Positions 9,607 to 19,697 are shown, numbered from the stretch's first letter. The stretch: DNA of 64,000 nt from Thermodesulfobacteriota bacterium (GCA_041572575.1 JBFFSH010000003.1:1-64000), one strand, 5' to 3'. The notes: a model not told the origin generated them from the sequence alone. Program-made: numbers and translations.

Positions 9607-10859
9607 TCTTTCTCCCTCCAAATTTTAGCGCCAATCTGTTCTAGTTTTTTATCCAATCTGTCGTAGCCACGGTCTAAGTGGTATACCCTCAATATGTCAG
9701 TCCTGCCGTTTGCAACAAGCCCTGCAAGTACAAGAGAAGCGCTTGCTCTTAAATCGCTTGCCATTATTGGCGCCCCGCTTAGGCTTTCTACACCCCTTAC
9801 AACAGCGCTGCTTCCAACAAGCTTAATGTCCGCTCCCATTCTTCTAAGTTCCCCGGCATGCAGATATCTCTGAGGAAATATTGTTTCATTTATAATACTA
9901 AGACCCCTGGAAATGCTCATTAAAGTCATTAACTGTGCCTGCATATCGGTAGGAAATCCAGGGTAGGGAAGAGTTGTAATATCTACACTTTTTAATTTGC
10001 CTGTGCCTTTTACTCTTACTCCTTCCTTAACTTTTGTAATTTCAGCTCCTACCTCGATTAATTTTCCTATTACAGCCCCACTGTTCTCAAATGCGCAGTT
10101 TTTAAGCACAAGGTCAGCAGAAAGCGCAACTGCTGCAACCATAAGAGTACCGCTCTCTATTCTGTCCGGCATTACTTTATAGTTTTTTATTGGCTTGAGT
10201 TTGTTTACTCCTTTGATAGTAATTATGTCGGTTCCGGCACCTGTGATCTTTGCGCCCATTTTATTGAGTGCATTTGCAAGGTCAGTAACCTCTGGCTCAC
10301 ATGCTGCGTTAAGCAAGATAGTTTCTCCCTCTGCAAGCACCGATGCAAGCATCATATTCTCGGTTCCTGTTACTGTAGAAATATCAAAGGGGATAATACT
10401 GCCAGATAACTTTTTAGCCTTTGTTTCTATATATCCTTCATCTATTATTATTTTTGATCCAAGTATCTCTAGTCCTTTTAGGTGCTGATCCACAGGTCTT
10501 TCGCCTATCGCACAGCCACCGGGAAAGGAAACTCTGGTTTTACCAAAACGTGCAGTTAGGGGGCCCAACACTAATACGGATGCTCTCATGGTTCTTACAA
10601 GTTCATATGGAGCGATCCACTTATTTATGCCCGTGGAGTCTATTTCCAGTTTTCCTTTATGGTACTCTACCTTGGCTCCAAGCATGGTAAGCAGTTCTGC
10701 CATTGTACGTACGTCAGCTAAGTCCGGCACATTTGTAAATGTGTTTACCCCGCTTGTAAGGATTGTTGAGGCCATAAGAGGAAGTACGGAGTTTTTAGCT
10801 CCGCTAATGACTAACTCGCCCTTAAGCTTGTTTCCGCCTTCTATTACTAGTTTTTCCAT
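9603..10859 (-). CDS. murA: UDP-N-acetylglucosamine 1-carboxyvinyltransferase
   Basis: GAKNS, PGGCAIGERP (catalytic Cys present), PGFPTDMQAQ and HLDRGY motifs. Confidence 0.98.
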   Translation of the reverse strand: MEKLVIEGGNKLKGELVISGAKNSVLPLMASTILTSGVNTFTNVPDLADVRTMAELLTMLGAKVEYHKGKLEIDSTGINKWIAPYELVRTMRASVLVLGPLTARFGKTRVSFPGGCAIGERPVDQHLKGLEILGSKIIIDEGYIETKAKKLSGSIIPFDISTVTGTENMMLASVLAEGETILLNAACEPEVTDLANALNKMGAKITGAGTDIITIKGVNKLKPIKNYKVMPDRIESGTLMVAAVALSADLVLKNCAFENSGAVIGKLIEVGAEITKVKEGVRVKGTGKLKSVDITTLPYPGFPTDMQAQLMTLMSISRGLSIINETIFPQRYLHAGELRRMGADIKLVGSSAVVRGVESLSGAPIMASDLRASASLVLAGLVANGRTDILRVYHLDRGYDRLDKKLEQIGAKIWREKE

Positions 10860-11689
10860 TTTGCTTTGACTACCCTGTCTATGCCAGATAAATCCTTAAA
10901 TACCTGGGTTTCTTTATAACCATTTAATTCAAACATTTCAACCACTCTATCCGATTGATCATACCCTATTTCGAGCAGACACCATCCGCCGTTTTTCAAA
11001 ACCCTCTTGGACTCATTTATTATTTCACTAATTAGAGCCAGTCCGTTGTCCTTGGCTATTAGAGCTCTCTTTGGTTCATAATTTTTAACACCGTTCTCAA
11101 GTTTTGAGAATTCTTGCTCTTTTACATAGGGTGGATTTGATACAATGATATCGAATGTTTCTCCCTTTATAGACCCAAGCAGGGAGCCTTTAATAAAGTA
11201 GGGATTAGTATTGTTCAAGACCGAATTTTTTTTAGCTTTAAGCAGCGTGTTTTGAGATATATCGCTTGCAACACAGGTACAAGCAGCAATCTCTGCCATA
11301 ATTGTTATAGCTATACAACCACTACCTGTGCCAATATCCAGGATGTATGGGTGGTTAAATTCTTTTGCTATGTTAATTGTCTGTTCTACAAGAATCTCTG
11401 TTTCAGGTCTTGGAATCAGTACATTTGTATCTACTGTAAACTCTCTGGAATAGAATTCTTTTTTGCCAAGTATATATGCAATAGGTTCATTTGACAGTCT
11501 GCGACGTAGCAAATCATTATACTTATCAATTTCATCAGCACTTACCAACCTATCCTGATCCTTATAATAGGTTAATTTATCCACCCCGGTTGCTGCATGT
11601 AAAAGCAGGGATGCTTCTAGACCCGGGTTTTTAAAATACGGATCACTTAGTGTCTGCCTTCCAAAATTGTATAATTCTTTTATATTCAT
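10847..11689 (-). CDS. prmC: Release factor glutamine methyltransferase
   Basis: EPIAYILG, LIPRPETE, DIGTGSG and SNPPY motifs. Confidence 0.96.
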   Translation of the reverse strand: MNIKELYNFGRQTLSDPYFKNPGLEASLLLHAATGVDKLTYYKDQDRLVSADEIDKYNDLLRRRLSNEPIAYILGKKEFYSREFTVDTNVLIPRPETEILVEQTINIAKEFNHPYILDIGTGSGCIAITIMAEIAACTCVASDISQNTLLKAKKNSVLNNTNPYFIKGSLLGSIKGETFDIIVSNPPYVKEQEFSKLENGVKNYEPKRALIAKDNGLALISEIINESKRVLKNGGWCLLEIGYDQSDRVVEMFELNGYKETQVFKDLSGIDRVVKAKWKN

Positions 11690-11772
11690 AAGGATAGTTC
11701 AGTATACATAATCATTTTTCTAATCATATATGTACTCTAATATAATAAGGTTTTTTCTCTTGAAGATTAAAA

Positions 11773-12381
11773 ATGGCTCATATGAAACATAAATTTATAC
11801 TCGCATCGTCTTCTCCCAGGAGGATCAAGATGCTAGGTGATTTAGGAATCAATTTTGAAGTAATTGCTCCTGATATTAACGAATCCCCTCTTGAGAGTGA
11901 ACCGCCTGAAGATTTTGTATTAAGGTTATCCAAAGAAAAAGCAGATTATGTATGTTCTAAAGTAAGCGAAAAAGCAGTTATTCTTGCAGCCGACACAGTT
12001 GTGATCCTGGGGAAGATTATTCTTGGAAAACCGCTGGATGAAATTGATGCAAAGCGGATGCTTGAGATGCTTTCAGGAAATACGCACAAAGTTGCAACAG
12101 GGTTTACATTAATGGATCAGGACTGTGCTGTATTACATTCCGAAGCCGTTTTTACTGAAGTAACATTTAAGAACCTTGCACCCGGTGAGATAGATGGATA
12201 CATTAAAACTGGTGAACCAATGGATAAGGCAGGGGCATATGCCATTCAGGGCACAGGCTCTTTTATGGTAGAAGAAATTAACGGGTCGTTTACAAATGTA
12301 GTAGGACTGCCGCTATCCAGGGTAGTTGAAATACTTTCAAATCTAGGATTATTAAAACTATTTAGCAAGAATGGGAATTAA
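11773..12381 (+). CDS. maf: Maf-family nucleotide pyrophosphatase
   Basis: ILASSSPRR, AADT, DKAGAYAIQG and NVVGLP motifs. Confidence 0.95.
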   Translation: MAHMKHKFILASSSPRRIKMLGDLGINFEVIAPDINESPLESEPPEDFVLRLSKEKADYVCSKVSEKAVILAADTVVILGKIILGKPLDEIDAKRMLEMLSGNTHKVATGFTLMDQDCAVLHSEAVFTEVTFKNLAPGEIDGYIKTGEPMDKAGAYAIQGTGSFMVEEINGSFTNVVGLPLSRVVEILSNLGLLKLFSKNGN

Positions 12382-13072
12382 AGAGAAATTAGAAGTAATA
12401 AATGAAAGAATAAACCGGGCCGCTGAGAGAAGCGAAAGGAATACTTCGGACATTACACTCCTGGCTGTTTCTAAGCAGGTTGAATCCGGGCGTATACGAG
12501 AGGCTATAGACTCTGAACATTTGAGTTTCGGTGAGAATTATGTGCAGGAGTTTGTAACCAAATATGACGAGCTTTCAGAACATAAAAATATAGACTGGCA
12601 TTTTATAGGCCACCTGCAAAAGAACAAGGTTAAATATATTATTGATAAAGTGAGTCTTATTCATTCAGTCGATAAGGTGTCGCTTGCCGGGGAAATTAAT
12701 AAACGAGCAGAAAAGTTGGGAATCGTCATGCCTATACTGGTTGAGGTAAACCTTGGTGGAGAGGAATCAAAGAGCGGGATAGAGCCTGATGAACTGGGCA
12801 GCTTTCTGGAGAAGTTATCTGCATTGGATAATATTAGATTATCCGGACTGATGGCACTTCCGCCGTATTGTGACAATGCTGAGGATTCTAGAAAATATTT
12901 TATTAAATTAAGAGAGCTAAGAGACAACTTTATTTCCAGTTATAATACATTAAACGAGCTTTCCATGGGAATGAGCCATGATTTTGAGATAGCGGTGGAA
13001 GAAGGCGCTACGATAGTGAGAGTGGGTACCGCAATATTTGGAGAGAGACCGCGTAAAAAAGCGTATCTGTAA
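12371..13072 (+). CDS. yggS: PLP homeostasis protein YggS
   Basis: LLAVSK, FGENYVQE, WHFIGHLQ.NK and LSMGMS.D motifs. Confidence 0.96.
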   Translation: MGIKEKLEVINERINRAAERSERNTSDITLLAVSKQVESGRIREAIDSEHLSFGENYVQEFVTKYDELSEHKNIDWHFIGHLQKNKVKYIIDKVSLIHSVDKVSLAGEINKRAEKLGIVMPILVEVNLGGEESKSGIEPDELGSFLEKLSALDNIRLSGLMALPPYCDNAEDSRKYFIKLRELRDNFISSYNTLNELSMGMSHDFEIAVEEGATIVRVGTAIFGERPRKKAYL

Positions 13073-13097
13073 ATGTAAATTCGTAGAGGTTATATAA

Positions 13098-13916
13098 ATG
13101 TATAAAGTAGGTTTTATAGGTGCAGGAAATATGGCAGAAGCTCTTATCAAGGGGCTTATCGGCTCTAAGGTTCTCGGCAAAAAAGATATTACTGCAAGCG
13201 ATATTTCAAAATCAAGAGAGAATTATATATCCAAAAAATATGGCGTAAATAGAAGTAAGGATAACAATGCCCTAGCTAAAGAGTCTGAGGTTGTGGTTTT
13301 AAGCGTAAAGCCAAACAATATCAAAACTGTTGTACAGGAGATATCATCTGAATTGACTGCAACAAAGATTTTAATCTCAATCGCTGCGGGTGTGACTACT
13401 AATGTTATAAGCAATGCCCTTGGCAAAAAAGGAAAAATAGTGAGGGTCATGCCCAATACTCCTGCACTTGTTTTAGAAGGTGCTTCAGCAATATATTTTG
13501 GAACCGGTCTCACAGCAAAAGATAAAAAGCAGGTGCAGAAAATATTTGGAGCAATTGGGAAAACATTTATAGTGGAAAAAGAGCAGCTTATGAACGGTAT
13601 AACGGCTCTTAGCGGAAGCGGTCCTGCGTTTGTATCACTATTTATTGAAGCGCTTTCAGATGGTGGAGTAAAGACAGGACTTCCAAGAGCCACAGCGCTT
13701 GAACTTGCTGTACAGACTGTGCTTGGTGCGGCTAAATTAATTTCTGAAGAAAATATTCATCCTGCAAAATTAAAGGACATGGTCTCATCTCCGGCGGGGA
13801 CTACTATTGAAGGGCTTACAGAACTTGAAGTAAATGGTTTTAGAGGAAATGTGATTTCGGCAATCGAGGCTGCTGAGCACAGATCAAGAGAACTTTCAGA
13901 GGAGGCAGAAAAGTAA
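13098..13916 (+). CDS. proC: Pyrroline-5-carboxylate reductase
   Basis: GFIGAGNMA, RVMPNTP, SGSGPA and SPAGTT motifs. Confidence 0.97.
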   Translation: MYKVGFIGAGNMAEALIKGLIGSKVLGKKDITASDISKSRENYISKKYGVNRSKDNNALAKESEVVVLSVKPNNIKTVVQEISSELTATKILISIAAGVTTNVISNALGKKGKIVRVMPNTPALVLEGASAIYFGTGLTAKDKKQVQKIFGAIGKTFIVEKEQLMNGITALSGSGPAFVSLFIEALSDGGVKTGLPRATALELAVQTVLGAAKLISEENIHPAKLKDMVSSPAGTTIEGLTELEVNGFRGNVISAIEAAEHRSRELSEEAEK

Positions 13917-14212
13917 TGGATATCGGCGGTACTTTCGTAGTTACAATAATTAAACTTATTATACTTATGCTAAATATATATATGTATCTGATTATATTTA
14001 GAGCTATCATTTTCTGGGTAAATCCTGATCCTTACAATCCACTGGTTCAGTTTTTAAGAATGGCTACAGACCCTCCTCTTAGATTTCTAAGAAGATTTAT
14101 CCCTCCAATCGGAGGAGCATTAGACCTGACGCCAATAATAGTAATATTCGTACTCTATTTTATCATAGAACTTCTTTCGCAGTATGCTTATCAGTTGTCG
14201 AGGGGATTCTAG
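13916..14212 (+). CDS. yggT: YggT family membrane protein
   Basis: WVNPDPYNP.V..L...TDP and LDLTP motifs; usual yggS-proC-yggT order. Confidence 0.92.
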   Translation: MDIGGTFVVTIIKLIILMLNIYMYLIIFRAIIFWVNPDPYNPLVQFLRMATDPPLRFLRRFIPPIGGALDLTPIIVIFVLYFIIELLSQYAYQLSRGF

Positions 14213-14245
14213 AAATGCTGTAATGATTAAGGATGTTTACTACAA

Positions 14246-14560
14246 ATGCAATGCCCTAACTGTGCTAATAATATTTATTGGATTAAAGTAATATTAATAA
14301 CACGCTGGACATCAATAAAATGCTCAAAATGTACTATTGAGTTAAACAGAAAACTCGATACTAATTTTTTCCTACTTTGCTCTTTTAGTATAGCAGTGAC
14401 TATCTTTATTGTAGAGGCGTCCCTAAGCATGTTACTTAAAGTTATACTGATATCTTGTTTGATAGTGATTAGTACTTACATCGATTCTATGATTATTAAG
14501 TTATATCGATCAAGGAAAAATAAAAATTCTTTGCTCGGATATAACATAATCGATGATTAG
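14246..14560 (+). CDS. Small CxxC...CxxC membrane protein (cxxc_20_cxxc-like)
   Basis: CPNC...CSKC followed by two TM-like segments. Confidence 0.6.
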   Translation: MQCPNCANNIYWIKVILITRWTSIKCSKCTIELNRKLDTNFFLLCSFSIAVTIFIVEASLSMLLKVILISCLIVISTYIDSMIIKLYRSRKNKNSLLGYNIIDD

Positions 14561-14561
14561 A

Positions 14562-14726
14562 TTGACACTGGGTAAACGAAATAATGTAGAAAAACGATCT
14601 ATGACAAGCCAAGTGGAATACTGGGCCAAAATTGGCAATATTGCAGAAGACAACCCCGACCTTCCCTTTTCCAATATACGTGCATTCCTCTTATTTAGAG
14701 AACTAGCCAAGGGCAGCATTGAATAA
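14562..14726 (+). pseudogene. ParD-like antitoxin remnant
   Basis: Not in the ORF track. It translates ...KRSMTSQVEYWAKIGNIAEDNPDLPFSNIRAFLLFRELAKGSIE*YVFG, containing the RS...Q.EYWAKIG..AE.NPDLP signature of the ParD-like family. The N-terminus is eroded and there is a TAA just before the conserved Y.FG end. Confidence 0.75.
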
Positions 14727-14802
14727 TACGTCTTCGGACAGGAATTAATGTATTATCTGAAGGGTTATTGAGTTTATATTAAGTTAATCAAAGTAATTTT
14801 AA

Positions 14803-15276
14803 ATGCTTAGGGATAAATTAACAGACTTAATCCAGGCTTTTCTATTTCTTTTATTTCTGCCGATTCTACTTTTATATCTAATATTTAATTTTCTATATGT
14901 AACTTGTTTGAGGGTTGGATTTCTACTTAAATGGAAGAGGAAAGGCAAGGATATAATGTTCATTTATTCAGACAGTCCACATTGGAAAGATTATATAGAG
15001 GAAAATATACTTCCAAAACTAGGCTCACGTTGTGTAACATTTAAATGGTCTAAAAGGAAATGGATAAATATCGGAGATAAGCTTGATAATGCGATATTTT
15101 ATAACTGGGGTGGTTATACAGATTTTAATCCTATAGCTATCATATACATTGGTTTTTTTAATATAAAAACAGTCAGGTTTTATAAAGCATTCAGAGATAG
15201 TAAGCATGGTAAGGATAAATTACTCAAAGACAGGCTAGAAGAATTATCAAACATAGTTGGTATTAAATTCGGTTAA
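14803..15276 (+). CDS. Hypothetical protein with N-terminal TM segment
   Basis: 157-aa ORF with a hydrophobic N-terminus and a YSDSP.WK.YIE motif. Confidence 0.7.
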   Translation: MLRDKLTDLIQAFLFLLFLPILLLYLIFNFLYVTCLRVGFLLKWKRKGKDIMFIYSDSPHWKDYIEENILPKLGSRCVTFKWSKRKWINIGDKLDNAIFYNWGGYTDFNPIAIIYIGFFNIKTVRFYKAFRDSKHGKDKLLKDRLEELSNIVGIKFG

Positions 15277-15345
15277 CTATTCTTTATATGACATAATGAA
15301 AGCATTACTATATAATTTTATGTAATTAATAATTAGGAGAAATAC

Positions 15346-16818
15346 ATGGCAAGACTAAGACAATGCAATCTTTTTATAAATGGAAAAGAAATAAAACCAT
15401 CCAGCAGGAGATATTTTGTAAGGGAAAACCCTGCAACTGAAAAGGACTTTGCGCAGATTGCTGAAAGCAGTGCAAAGGATATAGACAAAGCAGTAACTGC
15501 TGCCAGAAAAGCATTTGGTGTATGGTCAAAAGTACCTGCGACAGAACGTGCAAAGATGCTAAACACTATTGCCGGTGTACTGGCTAAAAACCAAGAACAG
15601 CTTGCGCTGTTAAATACACTTGAAACCGGAAAACCTATAAGAGAGAGCGGACTTGTTGAGATTGGCGGGTCGATAAGAACACTTGAATACTACGCAGGTT
15701 CCTACTCTCAACTAAACGGCGAGACTATTCCTATAAACGAAAATCAGATATCGATGACAGTGAAAGAACCTGTGGGTGTCGTGGCTCACATAATTCCATG
15801 GAACTTTCCGCTTCTTTTATCATTTTGGAAAATAGCCCCTGCGCTTGTTGCCGGATGCACAATTGTGCTTAAGCCTGCCGAGCTTACTTCATGCACTATT
15901 TTTGAGATTGCTAAATTATGCAGCAAAGCCGGTCTGCCCGATGGAGTATTAAACATTGTTCCCGGAAAAGGAGAGGTAGCCGGGCAGGCGCTGGTAGAAC
16001 ATCCCGACGTTGATAAGGTTGCCTTCACGGGTTCTACTTCGGTAGGAAAGCACGTGATGAGAACATGCGCTGATACGGTCAAGAGAGTATCACTTGAGCT
16101 TGGAGGCAAGGCGCCGTGCATTATTTTTGATGATGCAGATCTGGACAATGCAATAGAAGCCTGCCTGCGCGGAGGGTTTTTTAATCAGGGTGAAAACTGT
16201 ACTGCTGTTACAAAGCTCATGCTCCATAAAAAGATATACAAGAAGTTTATGGACACTTATATTAAGAGAATAAAGAAAATTAATATTGGCGATCCCACAA
16301 AACCTGACACTGAAATGGGGACAGTAATATCTAAAGAACATTATGACAGCGTACTGAATTATATCGCCAGAGGAAAAGCCGATGGTGCAAAGGTTGCCAC
16401 GGGTGGAGGAAGACCCAGGAAATATAAGAAGGGGTATTTTATAAGTCCGACTGTTTTGGAAAATGTAGACCCAAATGCAACTGTTGCCTGCGAGGAAATC
16501 TTCGGTCCTGTTGTTGCCGTGATTCCATTTAGTGATGAAGACAAGGCTATTGAGATTGCGAACAATACAGAGTACGGACTTGCCGGCGGAGTATGGACAA
16601 CTGACATGAATAGAGCCATGCGAGTAGCTAAGCAGGTAAAAGCAGGTTACTTGTGGGTAAACACTTATGGAGGCATTATTCCTCAGACGCCTTATGGTGG
16701 ATTTAAACAAAGCGGCATAGGTAAGGAGCTTGGCAAGGAAGGAATCGAAAATTATCTTGAGACCAAGTGTATAAATATCTATACCGGCGGAGTGATGCCT
16801 AAGTGGTATAAGGGATAA
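15346..16818 (+). CDS. NAD(P)-dependent aldehyde dehydrogenase (betaine-aldehyde dehydrogenase-like)
   Basis: PWNFP, FTGST, LELGGK (catalytic Glu), NQGENC (catalytic Cys) and EEIFGP motifs; AGGAG RBS. Confidence 0.95.
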   Translation: MARLRQCNLFINGKEIKPSSRRYFVRENPATEKDFAQIAESSAKDIDKAVTAARKAFGVWSKVPATERAKMLNTIAGVLAKNQEQLALLNTLETGKPIRESGLVEIGGSIRTLEYYAGSYSQLNGETIPINENQISMTVKEPVGVVAHIIPWNFPLLLSFWKIAPALVAGCTIVLKPAELTSCTIFEIAKLCSKAGLPDGVLNIVPGKGEVAGQALVEHPDVDKVAFTGSTSVGKHVMRTCADTVKRVSLELGGKAPCIIFDDADLDNAIEACLRGGFFNQGENCTAVTKLMLHKKIYKKFMDTYIKRIKKINIGDPTKPDTEMGTVISKEHYDSVLNYIARGKADGAKVATGGGRPRKYKKGYFISPTVLENVDPNATVACEEIFGPVVAVIPFSDEDKAIEIANNTEYGLAGGVWTTDMNRAMRVAKQVKAGYLWVNTYGGIIPQTPYGGFKQSGIGKELGKEGIENYLETKCINIYTGGVMPKWYKG

Positions 16819-16822
16819 AATT

Positions 16823-17200
16823 TTGAAAAGATACGTAGCTTCAATAATAGTTATATTTTTTATATTCAGCATATTTGTAAAAGCCGAAAATATTACAATT
16901 ACAGATTCAGATGAAATTAATTATGCTCATAATCTGAAAGAAACAATTAGTAAGTTAAAAGAAAAAGTGGTGGAATGTTTTGATGAAAAGGGTGGCATGG
17001 TTGATGAATGTAAATGCACAGAGTGTTCCTGTAAGTACACTACAGAATATTTAGAGGTGAAAAAAACTTACAAAGAAGCCCTGACAGCAAATCCCGGCTG
17101 GGAAGACAATATTATTTTTTATCAGTTAGAAGGTGATCACACAAGGCAAAAAATTAATTTTGCGGGTTTGAAGTGGCAATTTAGTCTGAAGTGTGAGTGA
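16823..17200 (+). CDS. Secreted cysteine-containing hypothetical protein
   Basis: Signal peptide ending VKA; CFD...ECKCTECSC cluster. Confidence 0.65.
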   Translation: MKRYVASIIVIFFIFSIFVKAENITITDSDEINYAHNLKETISKLKEKVVECFDEKGGMVDECKCTECSCKYTTEYLEVKKTYKEALTANPGWEDNIIFYQLEGDHTRQKINFAGLKWQFSLKCE

Positions 17201-17233
17201 TAAAAAGATTCAAAAATTTAAATTTCTATTGAT

Positions 17234-17461
17234 ATGAAAATCCCGCGACAATATAGCCTAGTTAAATTCAATATGGAGAATTTAAAAAAGAAGTATCATA
17301 GTAAATACCCTTTTACTAGTGATGGGGTTTATGTATATTTTGGAGAGATTCAAAATATGCCGGGTCATTGTGTGGTATGTGATTTTAAATCAGGGCAGAT
17401 TTATACGGGTTATCATATTGAAAACTTTATAGAAATTAGTGAAGAAGGATATGACAGTTAG
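17234..17461 (+). CDS. Small hypothetical protein
   Basis: 75 aa with a YPF...GEI.NMPGHCVV...GYH motif-like pattern. Confidence 0.65.
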   Translation: MKIPRQYSLVKFNMENLKKKYHSKYPFTSDGVYVYFGEIQNMPGHCVVCDFKSGQIYTGYHIENFIEISEEGYDS

Positions 17462-17502
17462 TTTATGTTATAATTTTAAGTAAAAGTTTAGAGAAAAATG
17501 TG

Positions 17503-17715
17503 ATGGCGACACAAAAAGAAATTTTAAAAGAAGCAATTAAACTTAAGCCTACTGAAAAGGCAAAGTTAATAGATCAGCTTATTTTATCATTAGATAAACC
17601 TGATAGTGATTTAGATAAATTATGGGCTGAAGAAGCAGAATCAAGACTAGAAGCTTATAAAAGAGGCGAATTGGTTGCAGTTTCTCTTAAAGAAGTAGTA
17701 GCTAAATATCTATGA
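17503..17715 (+). CDS. Putative addiction-module antitoxin
   Basis: A..L...EKA.L...L..SLD...W..EAE.RL..Y..G pattern; ATGA overlap with the toxin. Confidence 0.85.
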   Translation: MATQKEILKEAIKLKPTEKAKLIDQLILSLDKPDSDLDKLWAEEAESRLEAYKRGELVAVSLKEVVAKYL

Positions 17716-18008
17716 AGGTAAAGTTTCTGGTTGAAGCTCAACTCGAGCTAGATGAAACTATAAACTATTATAATCAGGAAGTAGCAGGTTTAGGTGATAG
17801 TTTTTTAAGAGAAATATTGAGTACGATTGATAGAATAATAGAATTTCCCAATTCATGGCATTTGCTTTCTAATGAAATAAGAAGATGTCAAACAAGAAGG
17901 TTTCCTTATGGTTTGATTTATTCAATTATTGATAATGAATTATTAGTTTTATCAGTATCAAATCTACACCGTAGACCAAATCACTGGAGAGATAGAATAA
18001 AGGAATAA
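17712..18008 (+). CDS. RelE/ParE family toxin
   Basis: A..EL.E...YY....GLG..F, RRFPY.LIY and HRRP..W motifs. Confidence 0.88.
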   Translation: MKVKFLVEAQLELDETINYYNQEVAGLGDSFLREILSTIDRIIEFPNSWHLLSNEIRRCQTRRFPYGLIYSIIDNELLVLSVSNLHRRPNHWRDRIKE

Positions 18009-18012
18009 AATC

Positions 18013-18390
18013 ATGAAATTCTGCACAGTAATAAATTGTATGGATGGGCGGGTACAACTGCCTGTAATTAAATATCTGCAAGAGCGGTTTGGAGCAGAGT
18101 ATGTAGATTCGATTACAGAGCCTGGGCCTAATAGGATCTTGGCTGAGCAGACTAATACTGCTCTACTAGATTCCATATCTACAAGACTAAAAATCTCTTT
18201 AGGGAATCACGAGTCTATTGGAATAGCTGTTGCCGGCCATCACGGATGTGCCGGAAATCCTACCCCAAAAGATGAGCAAACCCAGCATACTCTCAATGCT
18301 GTTAAGTTTCTCAAATCAAAATATCCAGGCGTAGAAATTATCGGCCTCTGGGTTGATGGAAATTGGGAAGTGGAAGAGATACAGTTATAA
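18013..18390 (+). CDS. Putative small beta-class carbonic anhydrase-like protein
   Basis: CMDGR, TEPG and H..CAGN Zn-ligand motifs. Confidence 0.75.
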   Translation: MKFCTVINCMDGRVQLPVIKYLQERFGAEYVDSITEPGPNRILAEQTNTALLDSISTRLKISLGNHESIGIAVAGHHGCAGNPTPKDEQTQHTLNAVKFLKSKYPGVEIIGLWVDGNWEVEEIQL

Positions 18391-18418
18391 TTTATATTAG
18401 AATACAGGCAAGGAGATA

Positions 18419-18640
18419 GTGTTGACTAAGTTACTCGAACAGGCGTTTAATAAGGCTTCTAAACTTCCAAAGGAAGAACAAGATATTCTTGCAAAAGCCA
18501 TACTTGATGAATTGGAAGCAGAGCAAAAATGGGAAGCGCTTTTTGAAAAATCAGGTGATCTCCTTGAAGAACTGGCAAAAGAAGCCTTGGAAGAACACAA
18601 GGCAGGAAAAACTAAGTCCCTTAATCCTGACCAACTGTGA
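18419..18640 (+). CDS. Putative type II antitoxin
   Basis: MTKLLEQA......LP.EEQD..A..IL.ELE.E.KW...F..S...L..LA.EAL pattern; overlaps the toxin start. Confidence 0.75.
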   Translation: MLTKLLEQAFNKASKLPKEEQDILAKAILDELEAEQKWEALFEKSGDLLEELAKEALEEHKAGKTKSLNPDQL

Positions 18641-18915
18641 AATCTTTCACAACTGACAAGTTCAGGTCGTTATTTGCTAAACTTCCAAAGTCTATAAAAC
18701 AACGGGCCAGAGAATCCTATCGTCTTTTCAAAAACAATCCTCACCATCCTAGTCTGCATTTTAAGACCGTCCATCTAACTGAACCGATATACTCTGTTAG
18801 GATTAGTAAGGACTATAGGGCAGTTGGTATTATCAATGACGAAAAAATATTCTGGTTTTGGATAGGACCACATTCTGAATATGATCAACTATTGAAAAAC
18901 TATCAAAAAAATTAA
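18637..18915 (+). CDS. RelE/ParE-like toxin
   Basis: F...F.KLP..I...A...Y.LF..NP.HPSLHFK, YSVRI..DYRA and WFWIG.H.EYD motifs. Confidence 0.82.
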   Translation: MKSFTTDKFRSLFAKLPKSIKQRARESYRLFKNNPHHPSLHFKTVHLTEPIYSVRISKDYRAVGIINDEKIFWFWIGPHSEYDQLLKNYQKN

Positions 18916-18923
18916 TTTTAATA

Positions 18924-19697
18924 ATGTCCACAATCCAAATCAACAAAAACGATATCCATTATCTCTCAAACACCAAAATTGACGGTAGTCATCCAACCTT
19001 GTTCTTGCTCCATGGCGCTGGGCAGAGCCACTTAACCTGGGAATATCAATTAGATTATCTGCAAGCTTTAGATGGGTATAACTTTGTCATTCCTGATTTA
19101 CCAGGTCATGGTAAATCAGATGGTGAGGGTCTTAAATCAGTCGAGGAATATACAGAATTTATAAAAGAGTTGATAAGTGAACTGGACTTAAAAGAGATAA
19201 TCTTCATCGGTCATTCCATGGGCGGAGCAGTTGCCCAGCTATTAGCATTAGAAGAACCTGATTACTTAAAGGCTATCATTCTTGTATGCACCGGGGCTTC
19301 AATGAGCGTAGCAAGAGAAACGCTTTTGGCTGTAAGAGATAACTATGAAGTTTTTTGTGAAGTAGCACCAACTAGAGCGTTTGCTGAAAGTTCACCAGAA
19401 ATATTGAAGACAAAGTTCAAGGAAGGTTTGCAAAACACCAAACAAAAGGTGGCCTACGATGACCTACTGGCTTGCAATGTGTTTGATATTTCAGATAAGA
19501 TTTCAGGCATAAATATACCTACATTAATTATTGCTGGGAGCGAGGATATATTAACTATTCCAAAAAGAAGTGAGTATCTTCACCATCAGATTTTTGACTC
19601 GGAGCTGCATATAGTAGAAGGTTCAGGGCATTTTGTAATGCAGGAGAAGACTGAGGAATTTAACGCGCTCGTATTTGATTTTATTGAGAGCCTTTAA
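18924..19697 (+). CDS. Alpha/beta fold hydrolase
   Basis: HGAG, DLPGHG, GHSMGG (nucleophile), G.ED and GH motifs. Confidence 0.93.
   Translation: MSTIQINKNDIHYLSNTKIDGSHPTLFLLHGAGQSHLTWEYQLDYLQALDGYNFVIPDLPGHGKSDGEGLKSVEEYTEFIKELISELDLKEIIFIGHSMGGAVAQLLALEEPDYLKAIILVCTGASMSVARETLLAVRDNYEVFCEVAPTRAFAESSPEILKTKFKEGLQNTKQKVAYDDLLACNVFDISDKISGINIPTLIIAGSEDILTIPKRSEYLHHQIFDSELHIVEGSGHFVMQEKTEEFNALVFDFIESL

Noticed and set aside
14510..14719. 69-aa minus-strand ORF
   Set aside because: It is the antisense shadow of the ParD-like remnant on the + strand.
16090..16872. 260-aa antisense ORF, and similar long shadow ORFs such as 19981..20718, 8806..9288 and 37492..38040
   Set aside because: They lie opposite well-supported genes and have no protein motifs.
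14246..19697. Possible integron cassette array
   Set aside because: No intI, and no repeated RYYYAAC...GTTRRRY attC structures visible; many intergenic gaps are too short.
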